From Selaginella moellendorffii (Eukaryota > Plantae > Lycopodiophyta): a stretch of DNA of 64,000 nt. The position numbers and the translations under genes were made by a program. Position 1 is the stretch's first letter, and the number at the start of each line of letters is the position of its first letter. Below the pieces are notes generated by a model, which was given only the letters and a program-made list of their open reading frames with translations, had not been told where the DNA came from and did no database searches. Positions 46,265-59,127 of this stretch are shown one piece after another. The DNA lies in NCBI RefSeq assembly GCF_000143415.4, contig NW_003314269.1, forward strand, positions 3,392,211-3,456,210, written 5' to 3'.

Positions 46265-47704
46265 ATGGCGTCGTCCGAGTTTCCGAATGGTTTTGCTCCT
46301 TTCACCGCCGAGCACCCGCCCGTGCGGGGCCAGGCTGCTGCAAACGGTGCTCCCGCCAGCGCTGCTGGCGGCATTCTGGAAGTGGAAGTTCACCAAGCTC
46401 GCAACCTCCACAACATTTGCATTTACGCCAAGCAGGACGTGTACGCCAAGCTATCGCTCAACGACGCCGCCGGCGGGAGCGGGCCAACAGCGTTCTACAC
46501 GGAGGTGGTCGACAAAGGAGGTAAAGATCCAGTTTTCAACCAGAAGTTTTGCACTTCTCTCGTGCAAAGTGACCGTGCTTTGAGGTGCGAGGTGTGGATG
46601 GCCAGCAAGATGCGCGACTATCTCCAGGACCAGCTTCTGGGGGCAGTCACCATACCGCTGTCCACACTGGTCGGGAAAGACAAGGAGTTTAACGAGTTTG
46701 AGCTCTCGTCCACGGAGCTGTTCCACTCACCGGCAGGAAGCATCACCATGAGTCTCAAGTTTGAAGAGATCACGAAGCTCGGTGACAAGGCAAGCCCAGA
46801 AGAAAGCAACGATTGCGAGGTGACGGTGTGCAACTCCACCACCTCGAACCTCTCGGCCAGCAGCCTCGACGGCATAGACTCCAAGGTGGTGGCTTTTGCG
46901 GACCTTGCCGACGCTCGGGAGGACGAGGAGCTCGTCTCGGATTTCATCCAGAGGAAACAGAATGTGGAAGCGGCTGCCAAGGACGATGGTATCTACACAG
47001 GTCCTCCGTTTCTCAAGCTCGACTGCTCGGCTGTGAGGAAGAGTTTAGCAGCGGAGGAGGCGCGGTCGGAAGATGAAGTTCCGGAGCTGGACGACGAGCA
47101 GTCGGTGGTAGAACAAGGGACGGATAAACTCTTCTCGGCTCCAGCAGCTTGCGGCGGTGAGAAGGAAAACATCTCCAAGCCCGGACTCAAGCAGCTAGAC
47201 GTTCCGGCGAGCCCATCGTTGCTGGAATCGTCCGTCAGTAACGGCGTAACTCCCACTCCCAGCTCGAAGCCGAAGGAGGATCTCTCCATCAGCAAGGCGG
47301 ACGAGGAGAAACATGGCAGAGCTGCGGAGCTCGGCGGTGGTGGACAGGGCGGAGTAATGAGGGACGAGGAGGCCGCAAAGTTTGGTTTCGTGAGCAAGCC
47401 TGTGATCCAGCCGGAGCCGAGGATAATGCAGCAGGAGATCATGGACATGTACACCAGGAGCATGCAGCAATTCTCCGACGCTCTTGCAAAGATGCAGCTC
47501 CCGGTGGACGAGAACGGATTGATCAAGCTGGACGAGGCCGCCTCCTCGGAGACGACTAACAGCAAAGACACCAAGAACACGAATGACAACAACAACTCTA
47601 GCAGTGGCTCCGAGAGGAGTGGTGAGAGCAGCGGTGGAGGTAAGAGAAACTTGACTAGTTCTAATACGCCCAGGGTCTTCTATGGCAGCCGAGCTTTCTT
47701 CTAA
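46265..47704 (+). CDS. C2-domain (CaLB) protein
   Basis: LEVEVHQARNLHNICIYAKQDVYAK, GGKDPVFNQ, QQEIMDMY.RSMQQF..ALAKM.LP, C-terminal RVFYGSRAFF. Confidence 0.92.
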   Translation: MASSEFPNGFAPFTAEHPPVRGQAAANGAPASAAGGILEVEVHQARNLHNICIYAKQDVYAKLSLNDAAGGSGPTAFYTEVVDKGGKDPVFNQKFCTSLVQSDRALRCEVWMASKMRDYLQDQLLGAVTIPLSTLVGKDKEFNEFELSSTELFHSPAGSITMSLKFEEITKLGDKASPEESNDCEVTVCNSTTSNLSASSLDGIDSKVVAFADLADAREDEELVSDFIQRKQNVEAAAKDDGIYTGPPFLKLDCSAVRKSLAAEEARSEDEVPELDDEQSVVEQGTDKLFSAPAACGGEKENISKPGLKQLDVPASPSLLESSVSNGVTPTPSSKPKEDLSISKADEEKHGRAAELGGGGQGGVMRDEEAAKFGFVSKPVIQPEPRIMQQEIMDMYTRSMQQFSDALAKMQLPVDENGLIKLDEAASSETTNSKDTKNTNDNNNSSSGSERSGESSGGGKRNLTSSNTPRVFYGSRAFF

Positions 47705-48109
47705 ACTTTCAGGGAGAGATCAGATCAACACACTACTTTTTTCCTTCTTTTTTTTTTTTCTCTCCACAGAACGATACAAATCGAGCATCCAGTGCTAAAA
47801 TCCTGTGTACAGTTCTTACAGACGTCTATGAAAAAAATATTTCCAGTGTAAGTCTCACAAGCTCTTTATTTCACGAGGATCGATCAACACCACTGTGACA
47901 ACGAGTTGAAAAATTTGACGCTTCCACATGGTAGAATAATTTCCTTGTTCCAGAGATACCAGGCTTTGGGATTTTAAAACAATTGAGGTTTCTTAAAGCG
48001 GCGTTCCCCGGATTCGAACACAAACCACCTCGTGGTTGGCTTTCCCGGGATTCGAACCCCGGACCTAGGGATAGAGATAAACCCCCAAGGTTTTCTTCTG
48101 GAGGGAGGG

Positions 48110-50151
48110 ATGCCTAGATTACTTGGCGCTAGGCCAGCGGTGGCATTCTTCTCTTCCTCCTCGTCCCTGACATCGTCATCGGTGTCGCTATGGATTTCTC
48201 CAGGAATTGGTGGCAATGTGGGGCTTTTCCCGCGCCAGCACGCCCTATGGCTGTTCCGGCGAGGAATGTCCTCCAAGATCAGCATGAGCTTGCGCTCCGG
48301 CATCGTAGGGCTCCCTAATGTCGGCAAATCCACGCTCTTCAATGCTCTGGTACGTAAGCAGAATTTAAAATGTGTCTAGGCTGGTGGTTTCTTCTTGTTT
48401 TTGTTTCTTACTTGCCTAGTGCTAGCTATATCTTGGATTTCTTCTCTTTGTTTTTGTAGGTAGAGAATGCCAAAGCTCAGGCAGCGAATTTTCCCTTCTG
48501 CACGATTGAACCGAATGTTGGAATTGTGGCAGTTCCAGATACTCGCTTGAGCGTGCTCACCGATATAAGTAGCTCCAAGCAAACTGTGCCCGCTAGCATG
48601 GAGTTTGTGGACATTGCTGGGCTCGTCAAAGGTGCGAGTAAAGGTGAGGTAAGAGTTTTTTTTTTTTTCCACTTTCTAGTGACACAAACAACCAGTTCAA
48701 TAACTATCCATTGTGTGATCGTGTAGGGCCTTGGTAACAAGTTTCTTCAGCACATACGTGAAGTTGACTCGATTGTCCAGGTAAGTTTCCTTTCTCCATT
48801 TTCTTTTTTTCGCTCTTAAATATTGTTTCTCTCTTTTCTCTTCATTTCCCTTTCACTGTGTGCTTTCGGCAGGTTGTGAGGTGTTTCGACGACTCGGACA
48901 TCCTCCATGTCAATGGGAAAGTTGATCCGGAGGCAGACATTGACATTATCAACTTGGAGCTTGCATTTTCTGATATCGCACAGGTCTAACCTCAAGTTGC
49001 AAGTTTTGTTGTCATCTAAATGAGATTTTCTCGTCCAGATCGAGAAAAGATTGGAGAAGCTTAAAAAGGGGAGAGCTAAAGATCCACAAACCAAAGCCAA
49101 GGTTCGCATGGGTAAAACAATCCTATGAAGGATAACGCGGTTTTTCAGGAAGATATGGAAGCTGCTGCACTAGAGAGGATAAACGAGGCTTTACTGGCTG
49201 GAAAGGCCGCAAGAACCGTCGACCTTTCCAACGATGAGAGGAAACAAGTCCAACAGTTGTGTCTACTCACGATGAAACCCGTTATATATGCTGCCAACGT
49301 AGCTGAGACAGACCTCGGAGACCCTTCTAAAAACGAGTACGTTCAGAGGGTTGTGAAGACAGCTGCTGATCTCGGCTCCGAAGCAGTGGTTGTTTCTGCT
49401 CAAGTAATTCTCTCCTCCTCATGGAATTGTGTATGCATTATTTCATTGTTTTCGTGTGTACGTCTTTCGTATTCCATTTTTTAGGCTCTGATATTTTCTT
49501 TGTCTTTTCTTCTCTAATCAGGTAGAATCGGAGCTTGCGGAACTTGATGCCAAGGAGAGGAAAGAGTTTTTGGAGTCACTTGGAGCAGCTGAAGGTGGAC
49601 TTGGATCTCTTGTTAAAGCAACTTACAGCCTTCTGGGATTACGGACGTACTTCACCACCGGAGAAAAGGTTCATGTGCTAGTGGTATACGAACGAATCCT
49701 AAACCTTCTCACACTGATATGCAGGAGACCAAGGCATGGACGATCAAGTCAGGTACTTTTGACAGGCTTTTTTGCTTAACAAGATGGTGAGTGGAGAGCT
49801 CGTCATTGACACATCACAGGCATGACTGCGCCCCAAGCAGCGGGCGTAATACATTCGGATTTTGAGCGTGGATTCATAAGAGCTGAGACGGTAATTTGGA
49901 GGAAAGGATTCGTTTCCTCAAATCTTGAAGTCTTGCGTTCTCCCGTGCAGGTTGCCTACAAAGATTTCGTATCGGTTGGCTCGCTACAGGCCGCGAGAGA
50001 GAAGGGACTGGTGAGCCTTGCTTGCTTTTTCTTTTTGCCACAGTTCTGACCCGCTGAATTTTCATATGTGCTAATTGCACAGCTAAGATCAGAAGGCAAA
50101 GACTACGTTGTACAGGAAGGCGACGTGATGCTCTTTCGTTTCAACGTGTGA
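48110..50151 (+). CDS. ychF: Obg-like ATPase YchF/EngD, organellar type (multi-exon)
   Basis: [88 protein letters not shown]. Confidence 0.95.
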
Positions 50152-50563
50152 GGTACTATTTTCCCTCAGTCTAGAGGAGTAGACATCCGTCAATTCCTTC
50201 TCTCTTTTTTTCCAGGATTGCTGCTCAATCGAAGGCAGTCATACTCATCATGTGTACCTTGGTCTGATAGTAACCTCTCGTTGGTGGGCACTTTTTTCAC
50301 GTAGTTATGAAGCAAAAAACAGTGGTAACCATCGAGAGGATGTAACCTCGTCTCTCTTTTTTTTCCAGATCTTACAGAGGAACAACGCGGAAGAAATTAA
50401 AGAAAAACGGTTAAAGATACAGCAGTTCAGCCGACAGGCTGAGAAAAAAATTTCAGGGAAAAAATCACGGAAAAGAAAAAGAAAAAATTAATCTTCGAGT
50501 GGCGGCCGGTGGTCAGGTAAGAATAATCAACAAGAAAGAAAGAAGGAAACGAGATTAGAGCAG

Positions 50564-51869
50564 TCAGCCTGGAGGTTGCTGTCGATCTGAGACGAGCGTG
50601 AGGATCGCATTGGCGAGATTGTTGACGGCCGCGATGAGTCCTTCCATGCCTTGGCGGCTGATCTCGGTCTTGGCCTCTTCCAAGCCGAGCTTGCGTTCCT
50701 CGAGTCCAAGCAAGTCCCTGTGACGCTTATCCTTTTTCTCTTCGCAGGCTAGCAGCGTTTGCGAGAGCTCGTAGGCGCTCTTTGACACCGTCGGGGCCAA
50801 GCCTTGTTCTCGGGAAACTTTGCGACGCTTCCCCGACGGCGATCGCTCCATTTCGCTGCCTTCGCTCTCGGTGCTCTTCGAAACCTCTGGAGGAGGGAAA
50901 AGAAGAAAACCAAAGTGGTGGAGGTCAAACAATGTTTAGCGTTCATCATGCAAAGAAAATTCCAAGCAAAAAGCATAAGATGCAAAAAGAGATACCTGTA
51001 GCTTGTTGGAGTGGAACTCCAGCAGCAGCACTACTTGGTCCAGGCAAGTGAACTTGAGAAAAAATATGTTGTTGTTGATGGTGATGTTGCTGGTGTTGGT
51101 GGAGTTGATGGATTTGTTGCTGTTGTTGTTGGGGGTGAAGGGGAATCTGCTGCGGGAACGGCTGCTGAACCTGCTGTTGAACCTGAACCTGAGCCTGAGC
51201 CTGCTGCTGCAGCAGAGGCCGTGGTCTCTTGTCCACAACTTCGTGAAGGGCCTCGTAAACCTGGATGATCATGTTTGACGGCAGCCCTCGCTCTTTCCTC
51301 TCGTGCTTCTCCAGCTGCCAGTAGCTCTTTTGATTCACCACGGGAGCAGCCCCAGCAGCAGCAGCAGCAGCAGCCGAAGAGGATGATCCGGCCATCACTT
51401 TGGACTCAAACTCCCTCACCTTCTTGTAGTCCCGGAGAAGATTGTCCCACTTGTCGTTGCACTGGTTCTGGCTGCGCTGGCACCCTTTCCTCCAGCAGAA
51501 GTTCTCCACCCATTTCCACCGGAACTCGGCCGATTTGCCTTTCTCCTTGTCCCCGCCCTTGAGCCGCCTCTCGTCGTCCATCTTCTTGGCCTGGATGAGG
51601 ATCATCGTCTCCTGGAGCGTCCAGTTGCCCTTCCTGTATTCCCGGCTTCCCCCGCCTCCACCCCGGCTGCTGTCCAAGGCCTCGAGTTGCTGCTGCTGCT
51701 GCTGCTGCTGCTGTTGCGGCTGCTGTTGTTCGATCTCAAGTGTTGGCGGCGGCGGTGGCGTTGCTGCTGCTGCTGCCCCTGATGCTGGTGATGTCAATCC
51801 TGCTGAGGACGATGATGCTGCTGCAACCACAAGTGGGACAATTGCACTGGCGGTGCCTTGATCAGCCAT
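50564..51869 (-). CDS. Trihelix (Myb/SANT-like) transcription factor with polyQ tracts, two exons
   Basis: YRKGNWTLQETMILIQAK, RWKWVENFCW, RSQNQCNDKWDNLLRDYKKVR, C-terminal coiled coil CEEKKDKRHR. Confidence 0.92.
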
Positions 51870-54800
51870 GCATAAGTCCTCCCCACCCCACCCCACCAAA
51901 AGAATGCTTTTGCTGATCCTAGTGATGCTACTGACTTTTTGAGTGTGTACTACTGCTGCTGCTACCTATGGAGCATTTGCGTTGAGGGGAGGCTGACCAT
52001 GCCACAAATCCAATTTCCCCTTGCTTTCACGATCCCACCCACATGAATCAATGATGATGCTGATCTTCCAGCTGAATCCCTTGAATCCAACCCACAGGAG
52101 AAGAATCATTTGAGAAATGAATGCGTGTTGTCTCTTCTTGTGCTTCTTCTTCTTCCCAATCATCAATCAAGTGGCTGGTGTTGGCTTTTTCGGTTCTGTT
52201 CTTGAGATAGGAGCAGAATTGATAGATCACCAGCAGCAGCCCAACGAACCCAAAACCATTTCCCGGCCAGCCAGCAAGCCATCCATCAGCAGCAGCAGCA
52301 GCAGCAGCAGCCGCGAAAAGCAATATAAAGACTCAAGAAAAAAACTATGCCCAGGGAAAATAAAAACCAGTGTGTGTGCAAGGTTTGACACTTCCGCTTC
52401 TCCTTCCCTCTTCTCCTTTTTGATTCTTTTCCTTTGAACGGCCTTTGGCTTTGCTTATTGGTGCACCTAATGAATGAGAGAAAGGAGAAAGAACAAGAAC
52501 AAAAGGAGAAGAACAAGGAGATGCCAACAACTATACTACTCTAGAAATGCAGTCCACCACCACCACCACCTCCACCACCACAGTGTGTGTCCATGGTACT
52601 ACAAAAGGCCTGCCCACCACTGCCATCTTTGCTGTTTTCATACAAAAATCATCAAGCACTTCCCTGGGCAAGGAGAAGCAAGAAAACAAAAAAATATAAA
52701 TGTCAAGCAAGGAGAAAACGAAAAGACACCACCACTGCTGCTGCTCCAGCTGCCGCCCCTTCCCCTCAAGGTTTGTGCTTCTCAATGTGCTCTGTTCCTC
52801 CACCTGAGCATACCCCTCTTTTGCTTTAGCTCCTCCCCTCCCTGCTGCACCACCAAGCCTGGATCCCATCTTCCATATCAAGTGTGTGCTGGAAAGGGAG
52901 GAGAGAAGAGGGGGGAGCTTGTTCTCACACAACTGGCTAGCACTCTTCCTGGAAGATTGGATTGGGAATGATCATGAATTGAGGATTTTCAAATGCAGCT
53001 TCTGATTGATCAAGAGAAGGGATAGATAGGCCCAGGCTGTGAGAAATCCCTCCACCCCATTTTACTATCCTCACTACCTAGGTAAGTAGCTGAATGTTCA
53101 GCCCTGTCCCTGTAAGAATTTATTTAAAGTTTTTTAAGTAGATAGCTGAAAGGGACTAAAAGAGCTCAAAGGAGAGAGCTCCAGCCAGCCATCCAACAAC
53201 AACACCATCACCACAGCAGCAGAAGGAACCAGAGCACCACCAGCAGTCAAGTCAGTTATCTCAACCCCTCTCCAAATCCACTCCACCATCATTCACCATC
53301 ATCATCATCAACTTGAACATCATAGAGCTCTAGAGGCACAGAAGCATCCAAGGCATATTCATACTTTCTGCCAGCTCAAATGACCATACATATGCCAGTT
53401 CTCACTTCTGCTTCTTCAGTGGAAATGCAAAATCCAGTTGGTAGAAATTGATGTGTGGCTGAAAGTTCTTCATTTTGTTTTCACTCTCTGTGTTGTAACC
53501 TGTTGCTCTTTGACCGATACCTCATGATCAATAGTCATGAACCACATGCACATGGCCTCTCTCTTTTAAAACTATCAACATCTCCATTCTTTCCTTGTGC
53601 TAAGAACAAATAGTTGTGTTAATTGCTAGAAAATCCATTGTCTAATCCCATGACTAAACAATATCTCTATCTACTATGACAACTTAATATGAACCGAAAC
53701 GTGAAAAGCATTTGTGCAATGCTCTTTCTTGAGAGGTTGACAAATCACAAACTCATTTAATGTTGTGCCCCTACCAACCTCGTCTTCTAGATAAGTTGCT
53801 AATGCGAACATAATCATTGTTAGGGATGGAATTAGCATGGGCATTCCGATGCATGGTTATCATCAAGCACGGCGAATCTAGGCCAGCGTGACTAGATTTT
53901 GCCGGGTGGCGAGAATCCCGCGCAATTCAACCTAGGCCACCTTTCCATTCTCAGAGTAGGAGTAAAAGAAATGGTCATCTACTTATAGTAATCCTCTAAT
54001 GCAAAATTAATAGTAAACATGAGAAACTAGGGCAACTGCTTGTACTTGAAACAAGGGGCGAGCCAGCAAGCATTTGCTCTTTGTTGCATGCATTTTGGTT
54101 TTCCAACTCAATTTTACTCTCTTTTATTTTCCATGTGCACCACAAATGTTGAATAATGCTGCTGATCATGTGTTGATAATCATTGCGCTCCGACAAAGGG
54201 ATTGATCCCCCCTTTCTCGATAAACAACAACGCGAAAGCAAAGCCCTTGAAACAAGGTGGCAGGCGAATATTCGGGCGCTTTTGCGAGCCTCCAGCGTCG
54301 CAGCAAAGTGGAATGTCCTGCTGCCCTGCCGTGCAGACAACAAACAACAAACTCGTTGTCAACTTTGGAGCCAGAGCTTGAAGTGAAAACATCCAAAGTC
54401 TTGTTTTTAATGAGGCCACCACCACCCACAGTAATCATGGAGCAATTCCAGGATCTGTGGTACGCCCGGTTGCACGGAATAATCAAATCCTTGGGAGATT
54501 CCACTAAACCAAAACTTAAGGATTCGTGATCATGCACCACCACAAGATACTTGTTTCATAGTGGCGAGAATGCGACTTTGTTTTGCTGCTGCTGTTCAAG
54601 GAAACATGGGGGTGATGCTCGTACACAGAGATCGTACGCCAGGATCAATCTGGCCGCTGTCAACCTCTGGGTTCCCCACATATTATAGCACCATCGCTCT
54701 GTTTCGCTGCAGAAAGGTCGGTAGTCTGGCTATTTATCTTCCAGGGAAAACGCACTACTTTTTGACTCTTCAGTCAAATCCAGGTCCAGAAACCTTTGAA

Positions 54801-55989
54801 ATCAGGAATCATATAGTTGATTTCTTTAACGATGATACGTTTTGTCAAACAGCATTATGGAGACTACTGTGAACGCGCTCAGCCGGATTTTCTATGGAAT
54901 GGAAGAGCTCTAGCTTCAATGTCCGTAACGCGACACACAGGCTCCAAACAGCTCAACATCTCAACAGGATATATCAGAGCTGCGAGCACTGCAAGGCTTT
55001 CAAAGACCGGCCCACGACCAAAAACACCCAACCAAAGTGTCACATCCCCTTACACAAACGCACAGCTAATTTCTCCTCTTTTGGTCTTCACGCAGCAAAC
55101 ACCGACGAACGATCCATCCACAGATTATATCATATAAATTCCTGAAATATTTTATGTATATATACTTGGAGCGAAGCTGTCATGAAAGAAAACTCTTGCT
55201 CCTCTACTGAAGAAGTGTTTGGACACCACCCATAAAAGAGTTGTCTGTGTCGCTATTTCTGACCCCTTCAAAAAAGATGACTGCTCCACTCAATTCACTC
55301 CACCAGCACTCTTCAAACACATCAGGAAAAAAGAGGCCACAACGAAAAAGATATCAAAGTTTCAAGGACCCTGTTCTGTTTGTATTTTATACACATATAT
55401 ACAGATTTTTCAAACTGACAGTGTATAATCTGTACTGCTGGTCAAGAAAAGGGGAAAACTCTTGTAGGATTTCACAGCGAAAAACTAACGAACAGCCAGG
55501 AACATTCATAGCTTGTCTTGGGCAATCACATTAAATCTGGAAAAGTGACCCCTCTTGCATGGAGTAAAAACCATGTCAATAGGTAAGAATGATCTTGGGA
55601 TCAAAGGAATAGACCACGCCCTCGGCGTACGTCTATACGACACTGGCTATTGATCGATCCATTGATAGCTATGCCATACAGCGTATATCACGAGGATTTC
55701 TCGGTCAAACTGGCGTATATGCATGGGTAGTATCTCTAAACGTAATTTGCTAAGTTGTCCGAAAATGCGTGAAAGCGATTTAAAAGGGTCTAACGAAAAT
55801 ATGGCGCGCGGCTGTCCAAAATTTAAAATAGTACGAGCGTACGGAACTAGCGTGCTAGTTTAGGGTTGCCGCCTTTCCACCCCACGGAGCTGGAGCTCGC
55901 GTTCTTTCTCGCGATCGTGAGATGCTTGCCCGGGGTAAGTTCGCGCACGCAAGGAAATCTGGGTCGTAAAGCTGCCGGATTTCGTAGGG

Positions 55990-58915
55990 ATGGAGCAAAT
56001 CGATCGCATAGCGAGGATCTTTAGGGGAATGGAGCTCAACGAGGCGGCGTTCAGGCGGAGGTATGCCATCGCTCCCGGAGAGCCGATAAAGAGCTTGTTT
56101 GACGAGGAAAGTGTCCGGCTTGGCGCTGCCAGGGCTCTAGAGGTTCGTCTCTTCTTCTTTGTCTTCGTTTTTCACGTCTAGCTCTCTTTCTTTTCTTTCT
56201 TCGTAGGAATACCAGGGAAACCTGGAAACGATCCAAGCCAGGGGCTACAAGCCTGTGATACGTGAGGTTCTCCTTTTGAAGAGATGCGTCGAGAACAAGG
56301 TGGCGCGTGTCGCTGCTCCGAGACCACTCTTGCAACAAGCGTCCTGGCCGCTGACTCGAATCGGGAAAAAGAGGAAGCGAGTTGCTCCTTTGACGAGATG
56401 CTCTCGATTCAAGCCACGGCTGGGCGAGGAGGAGGCCGAGCAGGATGCTGAAAACTTGGATGCCTCGCATGAAGCACACAGGAACGTCCAGGAGAACATT
56501 CCCATGCTCGCTTTGCCTTCGACTTCTGCCGAAGAGCATCACAAGGACGGGCAGGAAAGCTTTGCAAACTTTGCGTCAACTTCTATGCTAGAGGATGAGG
56601 AGTTGCTGGAGCTCGGGGACTTACGGGATCTTGGGGGCTTACAGGAGTTTCAAGAGCTGAAAGAGCTCGAGGATACTTGTGATATGGAACAGGAGTCTTG
56701 TGATACTGGCTTTCCACCAGGATTTCCACCACCAGTTCCGGTTCGTCAAGCTTACGAGTGGAAGATAGTTGCTGAAGATGTTCCAAAGAGCTGCGAGCTA
56801 TCGGATCTAAAGGCACTGGTTCATGGCCGATTTGAGGCTGTTCCGGAAGAGGCTGAGCTCGTCATGGTTTCACGCGACGGGAATGCTGCAGAGTTTAAGT
56901 TCGTATCAGGGGTGGTGGCTGAGCTCTTCTTCGAGGCTTGCATGTTGAGCCCGCCTTACGTCAAGGAGAAGGAGCTCGATATTCGAAGGCTTTACTCGCC
57001 TATGGAAATTCTCTCCATGGACTTTCTGTCTCAGAGGTGCGGAGATTTGCTCGTATACTTTCGGGGACCGAGCAAAGACTGGACGGAGAATAGCCTCAAG
57101 CAACACTTCAAGAAAATCTTGCCGGAAGAGGAAGTTGGCGAGATCATCGACTCGATGGATATTTCTCCCGAGGGGACGGATGCACTTTTGGGTATGGGGT
57201 CGGAGGTCGTGGCAGATTTGATATTCTACAGGTGTGGTAAAAACAGGTCTCTGGACTCCATCTCCATGGGTTCCTTCCTCTGTCGCAGCAACACAGCGCC
57301 GAGAGATAAAGTGGAGCCTCTCATCGAAGCTGAAAGATTGAACTGGCCGGTCGAGCTTGGAAACGTGAAAAATGATATCGAGGAGGCTGCAAAAGAGCCG
57401 GGAATCAAGGGTCTTGAGATCGTATGTTCTCCCGGGTCCGATAATGTTGCTCCTCAACTCGGGGCGGCTGAAGACCTTCCTCAAGAAAGCAAAACGTTTT
57501 CCGCCAAGGACTGCAATGGTCGGACTAACACTGGAGAACTCGCGCTGGAGTCGCTCGACAAGACGAGCACTCACGCTACTCGCCTGGAGAGACCGAAGTC
57601 TTACAGAACACTCGCAAGACTATCGAACGTGAAACTAATGGTGGTCAATCTGCTCGCGGAAGATGATATTGGAAGCGTGGAAATGTTCTTCCAGTGCCTC
57701 CTCCGAGAGATCAAACCAGACGAGAGCTGCAAGGTTTGTATCTCCCGGTGGCCCAACGCTGTTGTGTACTGCAGCTCCGAGGCTGCCGCGGATGCCATCA
57801 TGGACGTCTACGTTGACGAGCCGGACAAGTTCCTTCTCGGAGGTTTGCCGCTTCGAATCTTCCGACACGCCGATTACTGCCGACCGGGTGCTGTCAACAA
57901 AACCAGTGGCGTTGTCAACGACGAGAAGACGGATGCAATCAGAGTGTCGGGCCTTCCCAAGCTTCCAGGAGATTTAGTCAAGGGAGCTTTGTGCGAGTTG
58001 CTGGACAGGACGTTTGCATCGAACAGCTCGGTCAGAGAATACGGCAAGGAGCTGCTGAAGAAGTTTTTTCAGACGGGCGACAAAGCCTTCATCAACTTCT
58101 ACTCGGTTGCTGCTACGGAAGCGGTGCTTGCGCTGGAGCATCCTATCAAACTTGGTGGTACAGCTCTCAGCTTTGCGCGTAAGAAGGATTTGAGCTTTAG
58201 GCAGCAGGGACAAACGGAGAGAAACCGTAGTGGTCATGGAGCAAGTCCAAAGCAGGAGGGATACTCGAGCTCCAGAGAACATCCTACTATCGACCGCAGG
58301 CGGCTGGAGTCCGCTCGTTGGGAAGGAGAGGGTTCTTTTGGCGAGATGCAGCGTCACTCTATGCGGCGAGAGTGCTCAACTGAGGGGGAAAGAGATCGTT
58401 CTTTCGGCAAGATGCAGCGTCACTCTATGCGGCGGGAAAGAGAGTGCTCAACTGAGGGGGAGCGTCACTCTATGCGTCGGGAAAGAGAGTGCTCAACCGA
58501 GGAGCGACATCTTTGTTCCATACGTCGGGAGAGAGGCCATTCTCTGCGAGAAAGAGATGAGTCCATCGACGAGAGGCGGTGTCAACCATGCTCCAGGCCC
58601 CGGAAGAGTGATCACTGGCATCGGCGGAAGAGTGACGATGGCATGCAAGGAGATCATCTCAATTGGGAAAGAGATCCTTATGCGGATGATCTGTGGAGGC
58701 GACGGCAGGTCGAGTACCATTCTGGATACAAGGACGAACGTCACGAGAGGTACATTTACTTTGACGGAGCCGAGCGTGATTACTACTATTCTAGCACCGT
58801 GATCGACAGGGATGATCGCGGATGCAGCAGGAAGCGCTATGTGGAGTACGCTGGCCACGATCATCGCGAGTGGAGTAGCGAGGCTTGGTTTTCACCAGAC
58901 AACGTTTTACTGTAA
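55990..58915 (+). CDS. Uncharacterised protein with up to four degenerate RRM-like domains and an Arg/Glu/Ser-rich tail; intron 56143-56206
   Basis: AIRVSGLP...KAFINFYSVAATEAVLAL...LGGTALSFAR and three similar weaker blocks; repeated HSMRRE.ECSTE units at ~58330-58530. Confidence 0.65.
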
Positions 58916-59127
58916 TCGAATTTTAAACATAGAGGAATATGCTTAACAGAATCTAGAGCGAATATCTCAGGAATCCTTCACCCTTACGAATATTCTTAGC
59001 GCGATCTCAGCCGTCCCTCTTCGTTACACGTGTCTGGACTAGATTTTCTCCCGCTTAAAAGGGTTCTATTTGTTTTGGAGAAGCTGTGTGCGCCGCCGCG
59101 GCTTGGCGCTGGAAGCCGCTTGTCGAA

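Noticed and set aside
54000-55550. Fragmentary ORFs, one with an H..H..CxxC pattern
   Set aside because: I could not assemble a frame or recognise a family; possibly a decayed TE or gene, but unsupported.
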